A stretch of 64,000 nucleotides of DNA, from the NCBI GenBank assembly GCA_965199955.1, contig CBDATQ010000001.1, positions 1,472,001 through 1,536,000 of the forward strand. Direction: 5' to 3'. The DNA is from Spirochaetia bacterium. GTDB lineage: Bacteria > Spirochaetota > Spirochaetia > SZUA-6 > Bin103. A model generated the notes under the pieces. That model did not search any database, was not told where the DNA came from, and saw only the letters and a program-made list of their open reading frames with translations. Shown here one piece after another: positions 46,716-56,933 of the stretch (its first letter is position 1; each line of letters starts with the position of its first letter). Position numbers and translations under genes: made by a program.

Positions 46716-46947
46716 GTGATGGCAGCACGAGCGCTCGAGAGGGTTGTCAGGCGTGGCGTCGGAAGCTATCTCTTGGTTGCACACAGTGGGATTCTCAACG
46801 CCGCGATGGGGTGCATCGTCGGTGCTCAGCCAACGGTCAGCGGCCAGGGCGTCACGTTCTCGTTCGGTGAACACGGGATACATCCGAACGGCGTACAACC
46901 CGAATCGACACCATTGGGTAGTACGCGAGCTGGTTCGCGGGTAGATA
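46716..46947 (+). pseudogene. Histidine-phosphatase-family C-terminal remnant
   Basis: YLLVAHSGILNAAM, then a frameshift to NTGYIR...WVVREL; no N-terminal RHG motif. Confidence 0.5.
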
Positions 46948-46984
46948 GCCGACGCTTCACGCGCCGCGGTCACCGTTCACTCGA

Positions 46985-48016
46985 CTACGCGACCCAGAAG
47001 CGGTGCACGGTGCGGTGGCGGTAGGTCCGGCCGGGGCGGAGCACGATGGAGGGGAAGTGGGGCTGGTGCACGCTGTCGGGGAAGTGCTGGGTCTCCAGGC
47101 AGAGGGCGCCCCGCCGGCCGAAGGTGCGCCCGCCGGCTCCCGTGGTGGGCTCCAGAAACTCCGAGGTGTAGAGCTGCACGCCGGGCTGGGTGGTGGCCAC
47201 CTCCATGACCCGTCCGGAGCCGGGCGCGTACACGCGGGCGAAGGTGCGGAGCTGCCCCGGCGCGCCGTCGATCACGAAGCAGTGGTCGTAGCCGCCGGCC
47301 TGCCTGATCCGCTCGCCGATCGGGTGCGGGCTGGTGAAGTCGAACGGGGTCCCCGCCACGGGGAGCACTGCCCCGGTCGGCACCCCGTGGTCGCCCCGTT
47401 CCAGGACGTGCGCGCAGTGGAGGTGCAGGTCGTGCCCGTCCACGGTGCCGTTGCCGGCGCCGGCCAGGTTCCAGTAGGCGTGATTGGTGAGGTTGACGAT
47501 CGTCGGCGCGTCGGTGGTTGCCTGCAGTTCGATCATCAGTTCGTCGTGTTCGGTGAGCCGATAGACCGCCTGTGCGGTCAGCTCGCCGGGATAGCCCTCC
47601 TCACCGTCCGGGCTTCTGTAGCGCAGCACGACGCAGTCCTCGTCCTCGCCCTCGTGAGTGGTGGCATGCCAGATGCGGCGGTCGAAGCCGGTCACGCCGC
47701 CGTGCAGGTGCAGGTCGCCCGCGTTGCACGCCAGCTCGTAGCGGGTGCCGTCCAGCTCGAAGGCGCCCCCGGCGATGCGGTTGGCGACACGCCCGATGAC
47801 GGGCCCGAAGTACGGGTACTCCGGATCCAGGTAGCGGTCCACGTCGTCGTACGACAGCGTGACCTCGTCCAGCCCGTGCCGCCCGTGCGTGCGCACCGAC
47901 TGCAGGTTGGCTCCCAACGTCAGCACGGCCGCAGTGGTGCCGCGGCGGTTGCACAGCTCGTAGCGGTGCACGGGGCTGCCGCCGGCCAAGCCGAAGTCGG
48001 TCCGCGTAATGCTCAT
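46985..48016 (-). CDS. galM: Aldose 1-epimerase (galactose mutarotase)
   Basis: GRVANRI, HLHGG, NLTNHAYWNL, GYDHCF, LCLETQHFPDS; start MSITRTDFG. Confidence 0.93.
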   Translation of the reverse strand: MSITRTDFGLAGGSPVHRYELCNRRGTTAAVLTLGANLQSVRTHGRHGLDEVTLSYDDVDRYLDPEYPYFGPVIGRVANRIAGGAFELDGTRYELACNAGDLHLHGGVTGFDRRIWHATTHEGEDEDCVVLRYRSPDGEEGYPGELTAQAVYRLTEHDELMIELQATTDAPTIVNLTNHAYWNLAGAGNGTVDGHDLHLHCAHVLERGDHGVPTGAVLPVAGTPFDFTSPHPIGERIRQAGGYDHCFVIDGAPGQLRTFARVYAPGSGRVMEVATTQPGVQLYTSEFLEPTTGAGGRTFGRRGALCLETQHFPDSVHQPHFPSIVLRPGRTYRHRTVHRFWVA

Positions 48017-48180
48017 GGGGCATGACCCTCCGCGTGCAGCGTACCGCAACGGCCGACGCGCTTCCCTGCGGGAGATAAGTGGCAATTAAATGTGCAGGCG
48101 AACCGAAGGTGGGATGCGGGACTGATCGTTGCTCCCACAGGCATTATTGTTACGGCGGGGAGAGCATCAGGAGGCTTGCA

Positions 48181-48396
48181 TTGGCGAAGCGGGCGGTGAG
48201 CGCCTCGATCGACGAGGAGTTGGCGGCGCAACTCGACCGGGTGGCGGCGGACACCAACCGGAAGAAGAGCTACTTCGTCAACCAGGCGCTCAAGGAGTAC
48301 TTCGAGGTAGTCCGGGACCGTGAGATCGCCCTGGCCCGGAGTGGCGGCGCATCGACGCGCCTGGACGAAGCGGAGCGCGACCTGGGACTGCGATGA
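48181..48396 (+). CDS. CopG/RHH RelB-like antitoxin, orphan
   Basis: GGAGG RBS then TTG; AVSASIDEELAAQLDRVAADTNRKKSYFVNQALKEY. Confidence 0.7.
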   Translation: MAKRAVSASIDEELAAQLDRVAADTNRKKSYFVNQALKEYFEVVRDREIALARSGGASTRLDEAERDLGLR

Positions 48397-48827
48397 CGAT
48401 CCGCTCCATCAGGCTCAAGGACGAACGCTACGGCGAGCAGTGGTTCGAGGAGGTCGAGGACCGCTGGGAGTATCCCGACTTCAAGGCCGACCCGCGCAGC
48501 GGCGAGTTCGCGCGCATCGCGACGCCGGTGCCGCACACCTACATCCAGTCGATCGCCATCGACCGGGAACGCGAGCTGATCTACTGCCTGTGCTTCGTGC
48601 CCGAGATGCTGGCCGCCTACGGCGTGACCGGGAGGGCCGGGCGCTGCGAGGTGCTCCGCTTCGACTTCCGGCGCGACGGCTACGAGTTGCCGGGACCGGT
48701 AGTCGACCAGGACGGCGAGCCATGTTTCCAGATCCACCACGTCGTGCGCGCGGCCGACGGCACGCTGTACGCCTGCGAGAACGACAACCCGCGGCGCAGC
48801 GGCTACCTCTGGGAGATCACGCTGTAG
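48393..48827 (+). pseudogene. Hypothetical protein, probably an internally deleted beta-propeller remnant
   Basis: Intact-looking N- and C-termini with only isolated blade-like segments (HTYIQSIAID, DGTLYACEND). Confidence 0.4.
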
Positions 48828-50463
48828 CATCCGCGCCGGCGGTGAGCAGAACCCTGGCAGTCTGCCGCGCCTCGTCCAGCGTGTCGACGACCTGACCTGC
48901 GGGAACGTCGTGCAGGATGTCGAGGGCGTCCAGGGTTTCGGCGACGGCGCCTGACAGTCCCATCACGATGCACGGCGTATCCTGCTCGGCGGCGACGTCC
49001 ATGAGCTGCCTGATCAGCATCGCGGCGCTGTCGTCCATGTAGGTGGCGCCCGAGAAGTCGAAGATCACCACCTCGTGGTCCCTGATGTCCGGGCCGATCA
49101 CCCCGACCAGCTTCTGGGCGGAGGCCACCGTGAAGCCGCCCCGCAGCGCGACCAGGCCGACCCGCGCCGCATACGGGTCGTCCGAGCCGCCCTGATCGGA
49201 GAAGAACGCCTGGTCCAGCAGCGGCACCGACACCACGCTGTCGAGCTCCAGCCGCTCCAACTGGCGGGCGTGCGCCATCCCCGCCGCGATCAGCCCGATG
49301 GCCACCGCCGTCACCAGGTCCACGAACACGGTCAGGCCGAGCGTGATCAGCAGCACGATCAGGTGCTCGCGGCGGATGCGGTGCAGGCGCAGGACCATGC
49401 GCCAGTCGACGATGTCCCAGCCCACCTTTATCAGGATGCCGGCCAGCACGGCATGCGGGATCGGCTCGACGTAGCGTCCCAGGCCCAGCAGCAGCGCCAG
49501 CAGCAGCAGCGCGCGCAGCACGCCCGACATGCGGGTCGTGCCGCCCGCGCGGATGTTGGTGACGGTGCCCATGGTGGCGCCGGCGCCGGGCACGCCTCCG
49601 AACAGTCCGGCGACCAGGTTGCCGATGCCCTGTCCGACCAGCTCGCGGTCCGGATCGTGCTGCGTGCCGGTCAACGAGTCGGCGACCAGCGAGGTGAGCA
49701 GGCTGTCGACGGACCCGAGCAAGGCCAGGATGAGCGCCGGCTGCAGGGCGCGCAGCAGGAACCCGACGGACGGCACCTCCAGGTTGAGCTGCGGCAGCCC
49801 GGTCGGGACCGCACCGATCACCGGCGCATCGCGCAGCGTCAGGACGCCCAGCAGCGTGCCGGCGATCAGTGCCACCAGGGCGGCGGGAACGAAGCGCTGC
49901 AGGCGCCGCGGCCAGAGCACGGCGATAGCGAGCGTCACCACGGCGATGACCAGGGCGCTGACGTTGAGGTTCGCAAGCGCCTCCGGCAGCGCGCGGATCG
50001 CGCCCATCGGTCCGCCCGGGGCGGTCGGTGCCCCCAGGAACGGCAGCGTCTGGATCAGCATGACGATGATGCCGATGCCGGTCATGAAACCGGAGACCAC
50101 CACGTGCGGGGTGTACGCGATGAAGCGCCCGATGCGCAGCACGCCGATCAGCACCTGCAGCAGGCCACCGAGCATCACGACCGTGAGGGCCTCCGTGAGG
50201 TTGGACGCGTGGCTGGAGATGATCACGGCCATGGCCACGGCCATGGGCGCGGTCGGACCGGAGATCTGCGACCGCGTGCCGCCGAACACGGCGGCGAAGA
50301 AGCCCACCGCTATCGCCCCGTACAGGCCGGCGGCGGCTCCCAATCCCGAGGCGACGCCGAACGCCAGCGATACCGGCAGCGCCACCACCGTGGAGGTGAT
50401 GCCGCCGAACAGATCCCCGCGGAACGCGTCGAAGCCGTAATTGAAGTCGAAACGTCGCTTCAT
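48817..50463 (-). CDS. SulP/SLC26 anion transporter with STAS domain
   Basis: GDLFGGI..VVALPVSLAFG, QISGPT, RELVGQGIGN, IFDFS...MDDSA. Confidence 0.92.
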   Translation of the reverse strand: MKRRFDFNYGFDAFRGDLFGGITSTVVALPVSLAFGVASGLGAAAGLYGAIAVGFFAAVFGGTRSQISGPTAPMAVAMAVIISSHASNLTEALTVVMLGGLLQVLIGVLRIGRFIAYTPHVVVSGFMTGIGIIVMLIQTLPFLGAPTAPGGPMGAIRALPEALANLNVSALVIAVVTLAIAVLWPRRLQRFVPAALVALIAGTLLGVLTLRDAPVIGAVPTGLPQLNLEVPSVGFLLRALQPALILALLGSVDSLLTSLVADSLTGTQHDPDRELVGQGIGNLVAGLFGGVPGAGATMGTVTNIRAGGTTRMSGVLRALLLLALLLGLGRYVEPIPHAVLAGILIKVGWDIVDWRMVLRLHRIRREHLIVLLITLGLTVFVDLVTAVAIGLIAAGMAHARQLERLELDSVVSVPLLDQAFFSDQGGSDDPYAARVGLVALRGGFTVASAQKLVGVIGPDIRDHEVVIFDFSGATYMDDSAAMLIRQLMDVAAEQDTPCIVMGLSGAVAETLDALDILHDVPAGQVVDTLDEARQTARVLLTAGADATA

Positions 50464-50640
50464 CACTCGCTTTCGGCGTGCCAGTCGTCCCGGGATTCGA
50501 GTTGACGCACGCGGCGGCTCAGGTTGTTCGGCAGTATACCGAGCTCCGCCGCGGTCCGCTTGACCGACCCACAGTGCAGATCGAGCTGGCGCTGCAGGTA
50601 GCGGCGTTCGATCCGCCGTTCCCTTCCGCCGGGGGCATGG
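50463..50640 (-). pseudogene. Fis-type HTH C-terminal remnant of a sigma54-dependent regulator
   Basis: IERRYLQRQLDLHCGSVKRTAAELGILPNNLSRRVRQL; no AAA domain upstream. Confidence 0.55.
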
Positions 50641-50882
50641 TCTTCACGAACAGGTCGCCGGCTTCCGCCACGCTGCCGGGAAGCCGCGGGCTCGGTTTCC
50701 ACAGCTTTGACCACGGAAGCGTCGCCAATCATCCGCTGACGGACGATGGACGGAGAGCGATGGGTGAGCCGACACCAAGCGGATCCGCCGCAAGCTGGTC
50801 AGCGCGATCATCGAATGCGGGCGACTCGCGTGACGGATGCGGGGATCCTCACCATCGGCCACCGTCAGGCGAGGGGCGTCTA

Positions 50883-51644
50883 CTACAACAGCGGGCGGAC
50901 GATCGCGCTGACGCCCAGCACGGCCAGCACCACGACGGCGGCGGCGCGCAGGCGGTCGACTGAAAGCCGCCGCGCCAGGGCGAGCCCTGCGTTCGAGCCG
51001 GCCAGGGCGAACGGCGCGTGCAGCGCCGCCAGCGCCAGCGCGCGCACCACGCTCGCCCCGAACGCGACCGCGAGCAGCGCCAGCAGCGTGCCGGTGGCCG
51101 GCAAGGCGATCGCCCAGATGGTGGCGCGGATCCGATCCGCCGGCCACTCGTGCGCGTAGGACCAGAGCGCCAGCGGTGCGCCGCCCATGCCGGTGGAACC
51201 GCCCAGCAGCCCGGAGGTGCTCATCGCCAGCGCGGTCCATGGCCACGCCACCCGCGCGCGCGGCGCCGGTCGCACCACCCGCAGCACCACCAGCGCGCCG
51301 AGCACCACGGCGCCGGCGGCCTGCCGGGCTAGGTCGGGATTCACGGCGACCACCGCCCGCAGGCCCAGCACGCCGATCAGCATGGCCGGCATGGTGATCG
51401 CCAACGGCCACAGGAGTTCGCGCGCCTGCACGGAAGCGCGGAGCCGCAGCACGCCGTTGGCCATCTGCACCATCATGGCCGAGCTGGAGATGACGATCGC
51501 CTGCTCGGGTGGGAAGCCGCTCAGGTGGAGCAGAGGGATCGCCAGCAGCGCCAGGCCGAAGCCGACGGTCGCCTGCAGCGCCGAGGAGGCGGCGACGATC
51601 GCCGCGGCCGCCGCCACGATGGGCAACGGCTGTCCGAGCAGCAT
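50883..51644 (-). CDS. TauE/SafE-family sulfite exporter
   Basis: LQATVGFGLAL, SGLLGGSTGMGGAP; multiple transmembrane segments. Confidence 0.8.
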   Translation of the reverse strand: MLLGQPLPIVAAAAAIVAASSALQATVGFGLALLAIPLLHLSGFPPEQAIVISSSAMMVQMANGVLRLRASVQARELLWPLAITMPAMLIGVLGLRAVVAVNPDLARQAAGAVVLGALVVLRVVRPAPRARVAWPWTALAMSTSGLLGGSTGMGGAPLALWSYAHEWPADRIRATIWAIALPATGTLLALLAVAFGASVVRALALAALHAPFALAGSNAGLALARRLSVDRLRAAAVVVLAVLGVSAIVRPLL

Positions 51645-51697
51645 GGACGTCCGGTCAGGTCGAGGCGCTCACGCCGCTCGGACTCAGCCGTCGAGAC

Positions 51698-52450
51698 TCA
51701 GCCGTCCGCCCGGCACCAGGCGGCGCAGTACTCGGGTGACCAGCGGCGCGACAGGAAGGAGATGCGCCCGGCGCGCGCCGCGCGCTCAGGCTCCGCCTCC
51801 GCCTCGATCCACGCCTCGGCGCCGGCCAGGTCCGGGAACTCGCAGATCCAGGCGCGGTGCCACGCCGGGACGGGGTCGATGAGCTGGAAGCACTCCAGCC
51901 GCAGCATCCCGTGCTCGCGGGCAACCCGCCGCAGGCCCTCGGTCCGCTCCGCATCGGCGCGCCCGTCGGCGCCCTCGGAACGGGAGAACTGCAGCACCAC
52001 CACGCTGGATTGGTCGGCGGCGAGGACCGGGATCACCGCTGGATCGGCTTCCTTCGGAACGATCACCCGCGGCGGTCCGGGCAGCCAGGCGTCGAAGTGG
52101 GCGGGCGCCAGCGGCCGGGCGAGGTGGTACTCGTAGAAGCCGTCCCGGCCGTAGGGCGGCGCCATCTCCGCCTCGATCCACTCCTCGGCGCCGGCGAAGG
52201 TCGGAAACTCGATCAGCCAGAACCGCTGCCAGCGCCCCTGCTGCCCGATCAGCCGGAAGCCCTCCAGGCGCCGCATGCGGTGGCGGGCGGCGACCGACAG
52301 CATCAGGTCGACGTGCTCCTGCTCCGCCGATCCGCGCTCGTCTTCAGTGAGCCGGTGCCAGCTCGCCAGGCGGCCGGTCTTGACCAGGACCATCACACGG
52401 TCGCGGCTCACCTCGAGCTCAACGGACACCTCGCCTGCCTCCTTCGTCAC
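51698..52450 (-). CDS. Hypothetical protein with an internally duplicated domain
   Basis: MRRLEGFRLI...WLIEFPTFAGAEEWIEAE repeats as MLRLECFQLI...WICEFPDLAGAEAWIEAE. Confidence 0.65.
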   Translation of the reverse strand: MTKEAGEVSVELEVSRDRVMVLVKTGRLASWHRLTEDERGSAEQEHVDLMLSVAARHRMRRLEGFRLIGQQGRWQRFWLIEFPTFAGAEEWIEAEMAPPYGRDGFYEYHLARPLAPAHFDAWLPGPPRVIVPKEADPAVIPVLAADQSSVVVLQFSRSEGADGRADAERTEGLRRVAREHGMLRLECFQLIDPVPAWHRAWICEFPDLAGAEAWIEAEAEPERAARAGRISFLSRRWSPEYCAAWCRADG

Positions 52451-52459
52451 ATTGCGGAC

Positions 52460-53632
52460 TCATCGCGGGACGTCCACTTCCTGGCCGCCGCGCTCCGCGG
52501 ACAGGTACGCGGCGTACAGGACCGCGGTGGTGTCGATCGCCAGCGGCAGGCCGCTCGCCGGTGCGCGGCCGTCGCGGATCGCGCCCAGGAAGTCGGCCAG
52601 CTCCTGGCGGTAGCCGGTGGCCCAGTCCTCGTCCGGGGCCGGGAACGACCAGCCCTGCTTGGTGCCGATCTTCTCCACCACGTACACGTCGTCGAGCTGC
52701 CGCTCCTCCGGGTTGTACAGGAGGTTGGTGTCGGTCGGGTTGATGTTGCAGCGCATGCGGTGGTTGTTCGCGTACACCTCCAGCCAGTTGTGCACTCCGC
52801 CCATGACGATCTCCGTGGAGTGGATGTCGGCGACGGTGCCGTCGTCGAAGACCACGTGCACCTGGCAGTAGTCCTCCACGTCGTGGTAGTCGGTGCGCAG
52901 CCAGCCCAGGTCGCGGAAGCCGGCCGCCCCGGTCAGGCGATGGACGCGGGCGCTGACCGCGCGCGGCCGCACCGGGGTGCCGTCGGTGGCCTGCCCCTGC
53001 ACGCGCTTCAGGTAGAGCGCGGCAGTAAGCGGGTGGCACCCCTTGCCGACCAGCGACCCGCCGCCGGTCCTGGCCCAGATGCCGTACACCGGCGAGTGCG
53101 ACCCGGAGTGGGACTCCTCGCCCTGGATCCACAGGATGCGCGCCCGCGTCTTGACGATGACCTCGACCTCTTTCTGCACGGACGGGGCGTAGACCCAGTT
53201 CTCGGCGTAGCACAGCGTGACGCCGGCCCGCTCCACCGCGTCGCGCATGCGCGATGCGCTGGCCATCGCCTCCTCGAGCATCCCGCCCTTGGAGGCGAGG
53301 TCGCCGCGCCAGTCGGGATCGTCCGCCGGCCCGAAGGCGCCGGTGAACGGCTTCTCGACGATCACGTGTTTTCCCGCCGCGGCGGCGGCGAGCACGCACG
53401 GCTCGTGCGAGTAGGGAGGCGCGCAGACGTCGATGACGTCGGAGCCTTCCAGCAACCGGTCGAGCGAGGAACAGGCCGGCACGCCGTGGCGCGCGGCGAA
53501 CTTGTCGCGGCGCTCGGGGGTAGGCGAGTAGACCCCGGCCAGGGTGACGGCTCCGGAGCCGAGGCCGCGGTAGCACTCGGCGTGGAAGTTGGCGGCGAAG
53601 CGCGAGCCGACCAGCCCGACGCGCAGGCTCAT
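52460..53632 (-). CDS. Gfo/Idh/MocA oxidoreductase
   Basis: Start MSLRVGLVGSRFAA; GKHVIVEKP, YAENW, GGGSLVGKGCH. Confidence 0.88.
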   Translation of the reverse strand: MSLRVGLVGSRFAANFHAECYRGLGSGAVTLAGVYSPTPERRDKFAARHGVPACSSLDRLLEGSDVIDVCAPPYSHEPCVLAAAAAGKHVIVEKPFTGAFGPADDPDWRGDLASKGGMLEEAMASASRMRDAVERAGVTLCYAENWVYAPSVQKEVEVIVKTRARILWIQGEESHSGSHSPVYGIWARTGGGSLVGKGCHPLTAALYLKRVQGQATDGTPVRPRAVSARVHRLTGAAGFRDLGWLRTDYHDVEDYCQVHVVFDDGTVADIHSTEIVMGGVHNWLEVYANNHRMRCNINPTDTNLLYNPEERQLDDVYVVEKIGTKQGWSFPAPDEDWATGYRQELADFLGAIRDGRAPASGLPLAIDTTAVLYAAYLSAERGGQEVDVPR

Positions 53633-55527
53633 GGGCGATCTCCTTTTCCCACGACCGGCAACTCGATCGACGACGGATGCTCCGGCGACAGGTGGATGGT
53701 GTTGGTGGCCACCCGCGTGCGCGTGTGGCGGCCCATCGGCTCGCCGGTGTTGGGATTGACGTCGAAGCGCGGGAACGACGAGAAGCTGACCAGCAGCCGC
53801 AGCCGGTGGCCGGCGGCGAACAGGTTGCTGGTGGGGTACAGCGGGAAGGCGATCCGGTGCACCCGTCCGGGCTCCATCGGCCGCGGCCGGTCCATGCCGT
53901 CGCGGTAGCGCACGCGCATGATGCCGTCGGCGACGTTCAGGCGGTAGCCGTCCGGCCAGGCGGCGCTCGGCGGGTAGTAGTCCTGCAGCATCGCGAACAG
54001 GTCGGTGTCCGGCGCGTCGGACGACAGATGGATGGTCACGGAGATCGGTCCGGTCACCTCCAGCGGCTCCGCGAGCGGCTCGGTCGCGAACAGCAGCACG
54101 TCCTGCCGGGACTCCAGCGGCACGAACGGCGGCTCGCAGCCGTGCACGTCGGGCCGCGTGCGCTGGTCGGCGCCGCCCTGCACGATCATCACCCGCGTCA
54201 TGGCGTTCGGCGCCTCCGGCGTGAAGCGCGGCGGTGAGGGCAGGATCTCGTTCAGCGAGGAGGTGTTGGCGGCGATGCTCGGCAGCGGGTCTTCGGGATC
54301 GAAGCGGGCGGTCAAGTCGGCCGCCGCGGCCGGCGGGTCCGCGGTCAGGCCGCCGTCGGCGGCCAGGTAGAGCGGCGTCGGGACCGCGCGGGCGAGCGGC
54401 CACTCGCGCTCGGTGCGCCAGCGCCCGCCGTGCTCGAGCCGGCCCTCGGCGGTGCGTCCTCCCGCCCCGCCGCCCATCACGAACAGGCGCACCGGCGGCT
54501 CGGCCTCCACGCCGTTGGCCTCTCCGCGCAGGTGATGGTCGAACCAGCGCTTCACCAGGTGCCGGAAGTCGGCGGCTAGGTTGCCCGCGACCGGCATGCC
54601 CGGCCCCAGGTCGACGTCGCCCGCCACGCAGGTGTCCATGGTCGAATCGCCGTGCAACCACGCCCCCATCAGCAGCGACTGGTTGGCCAGCCGTGCGCTC
54701 AGCGCCTGGTAGTTTTCGACCGTGGCGCGCGTGTAGGAGTCATACCAGGAGCCGGCGTACATGGTTGGCACGTCGGCCGTCCGGTCGTAGTAGGCGGCGA
54801 AGTTCAGGCCGGGCTGCTGCCAGAACTCGTCCGCGTCGCCGTGCTCGTACAGGTCGCGCGCACAGCGCTCGTAGCCCGGCAGGCCGGCCAGCGGCGAGTC
54901 GTCGCCGCGCCACGGCAGGCGCCTGAGCCATTCGTACATCCGCTCGCCGGCGCGGGTCAGGCTCGCCTGCAGCTCCGGATCGTGCAGCGCCTCGCGCGAC
55001 ACCGTGCCGAAGGTCACCGCCCAGGTGAGCCAGCGCAGCTCCAGCGCGCCGTCGTGGCGCAGGGTCGCGGTGTTGCCGTTGGCGCCGCCCTGGTTGACCC
55101 ACATCGCCTTCAGGTGCGGCGGCCGCTCGATCGCCGCCGCGTTCTGCACCCACGCCAGGTAGGAGGTGCCGTAGGTGCCGACGTTGCCGTCGCAATACGG
55201 CAGTGACGCCAGCCACTCGATCGCGTCGTAGCCGTCGGGTCCCTCGTTGGCGAGCAGGACGAACTCGCCTTCCGAGGCGTAGCGCCCGCGGCAGTCCTGG
55301 ATCGCCGCCAGGTAGCCGTGGCCGGCCAGGAACTCGCACATCTCCTGGTGGGTGGCGCGCGCGCGGTTGTAGGGGGTGCGCAACAGGATCGCCGGGAACG
55401 GGCCCGGCAGTGGCTCGCCGTCGCGGGCCGGCCGCCAGACGTCGGTGGCCAGCCGGACGCCGTCGCGCGCGGTCATGCCGCAGTTGCGGGCGTTGACGAC
55501 TCCGTACGGGGGTGGTTCGACTGCCAT
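53629..55527 (-). CDS. CocE/NonD-family serine hydrolase
   Basis: RDGVRLATDV, LLRTPY, QDCRGRYASEG, GTSYLA, SWYD, SSFPRFDVNPNTG. Confidence 0.9.
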   Translation of the reverse strand: MAVEPPPYGVVNARNCGMTARDGVRLATDVWRPARDGEPLPGPFPAILLRTPYNRARATHQEMCEFLAGHGYLAAIQDCRGRYASEGEFVLLANEGPDGYDAIEWLASLPYCDGNVGTYGTSYLAWVQNAAAIERPPHLKAMWVNQGGANGNTATLRHDGALELRWLTWAVTFGTVSREALHDPELQASLTRAGERMYEWLRRLPWRGDDSPLAGLPGYERCARDLYEHGDADEFWQQPGLNFAAYYDRTADVPTMYAGSWYDSYTRATVENYQALSARLANQSLLMGAWLHGDSTMDTCVAGDVDLGPGMPVAGNLAADFRHLVKRWFDHHLRGEANGVEAEPPVRLFVMGGGAGGRTAEGRLEHGGRWRTEREWPLARAVPTPLYLAADGGLTADPPAAAADLTARFDPEDPLPSIAANTSSLNEILPSPPRFTPEAPNAMTRVMIVQGGADQRTRPDVHGCEPPFVPLESRQDVLLFATEPLAEPLEVTGPISVTIHLSSDAPDTDLFAMLQDYYPPSAAWPDGYRLNVADGIMRVRYRDGMDRPRPMEPGRVHRIAFPLYPTSNLFAAGHRLRLLVSFSSFPRFDVNPNTGEPMGRHTRTRVATNTIHLSPEHPSSIELPVVGKGDRP

Positions 55528-55598
55528 GGTGTGAGTGCTTGAGCGCGAGCCCGCGGGGCGGTACGGTCCGGTGACGATTCTCTGATCGGAGGGAACTG

Positions 55599-56927
55599 GT
55601 GTCAACGAAGACGAGCGAGTTGGATCTGCAGACCTACTGGATGCCGTTCACGGCGAACCGGCAGTTCAAGAGCGCCCCGCGGCTGGTGGAGTCCGCCGAG
55701 GGCGTCTACTACCGCTCCCGCGACGGCCGCCGGCTCATCGACGGGATCGCCGGCATGTGGTGCGTGAACGCCGGCCACGGCCGGCCCGAGATCGTGGAGG
55801 CCGTGCAGCGCCAGGTCGCGGAGCTGGACTACGCCACCTCCTTCCAGATGGGCCATCCGGCGGCATTCGAGCTGGCCGGCGAGCTGCAGGCGATACTGCC
55901 GGGCGACCTCGGCCACCCGTTCTTCGTGAACTCCGGGTCCGAGGCGGTGGACACCGCGCTGAAGATCGCGCTCGCCTTCCACCGGCGGCGCGGTGAGGGC
56001 GCCCGCACCCGCCTGATCGGCCGCGAGCGCGCCTACCACGGCGTGGGCTTCGGCGGGATCTCCGTGGGCGGCATGGGCCCCAACCGCACGCCCTACGGGG
56101 CGCTGCTCCCCGGCGTCGATCATCTGCCGCACACGCACGATCCGGAGCGCAACGCATTCAGCCGCGGGCAGCCCGAGCACGGCGCCGAGCGTGCCGACGC
56201 GTTGCTCGACCTGATCGCCCTGCACGGCGCGGAGACCATCGCTGCGGTGATCGTGGAGCCCATGTCCGGCTCGACGGGCGTGCTGGTGCCTCCGGTCGGC
56301 TACCTGGAGCGGCTGCGGGAGATCACCGCCGCGCACGGCATCCTGTTGATCTTCGACGAGGTGATCACCGGCTTCGGGCGGCTGGGCTCACCGTTCGCGG
56401 CCACGCACTTCGACCTGCTGCCGGACCTGGTCACGCTGGCGAAGGGGCTGACCAACGCCACCGTGCCGATGGGGGCGGTGGCGGTTCGCGAGGAGATCTA
56501 CGACACGTTCATGGCGGGACCGGAGGGCGCGATCGAGTTCACCCACGGCTACACCTTCTCCGGCCACCCGCTGGCCTGCGCGGCGGCGCGCGCCACGCTT
56601 AAGGTCTACGAGCGCGACAACCTGCTGACCCGCGCGGCCGAGCTCGACGGGCACTGGGAGAATGCCGCGCACGCCCTGCGCGGGCTGCCGCACGTGATCG
56701 ACATCCGCAACATCGGTCTGACCGCGGCGATCGAGCTGGCGCCGGTGACGGGCAAGGCGACCCTGCGCGGCATGACCGCCCTGCGCAAGGCGTTCGGGAA
56801 GGGGGCGTTCATCCGCGTCACCGGCGACACCATCGCCCTGGCGCCGCCGCTGCCCATCACACCGTCCCAGATCGACGACCTGTTCGCTCTGGTTGCCGAG
56901 ACCATCGAGGAGGTCGCCGACCTGTAG
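55599..56927 (+). CDS. Class III aminotransferase (omega-amino acid/beta-alanine:pyruvate type)
   Basis: YWMPFTANRQFK, NSGSEAVD, AYHG, FDEVITGFGRLG, AKGLT, HGYTFSGHP. Confidence 0.9.
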   Translation: MSTKTSELDLQTYWMPFTANRQFKSAPRLVESAEGVYYRSRDGRRLIDGIAGMWCVNAGHGRPEIVEAVQRQVAELDYATSFQMGHPAAFELAGELQAILPGDLGHPFFVNSGSEAVDTALKIALAFHRRRGEGARTRLIGRERAYHGVGFGGISVGGMGPNRTPYGALLPGVDHLPHTHDPERNAFSRGQPEHGAERADALLDLIALHGAETIAAVIVEPMSGSTGVLVPPVGYLERLREITAAHGILLIFDEVITGFGRLGSPFAATHFDLLPDLVTLAKGLTNATVPMGAVAVREEIYDTFMAGPEGAIEFTHGYTFSGHPLACAAARATLKVYERDNLLTRAAELDGHWENAAHALRGLPHVIDIRNIGLTAAIELAPVTGKATLRGMTALRKAFGKGAFIRVTGDTIALAPPLPITPSQIDDLFALVAETIEEVADL

Positions 56928-56933
56928 CCTCGC

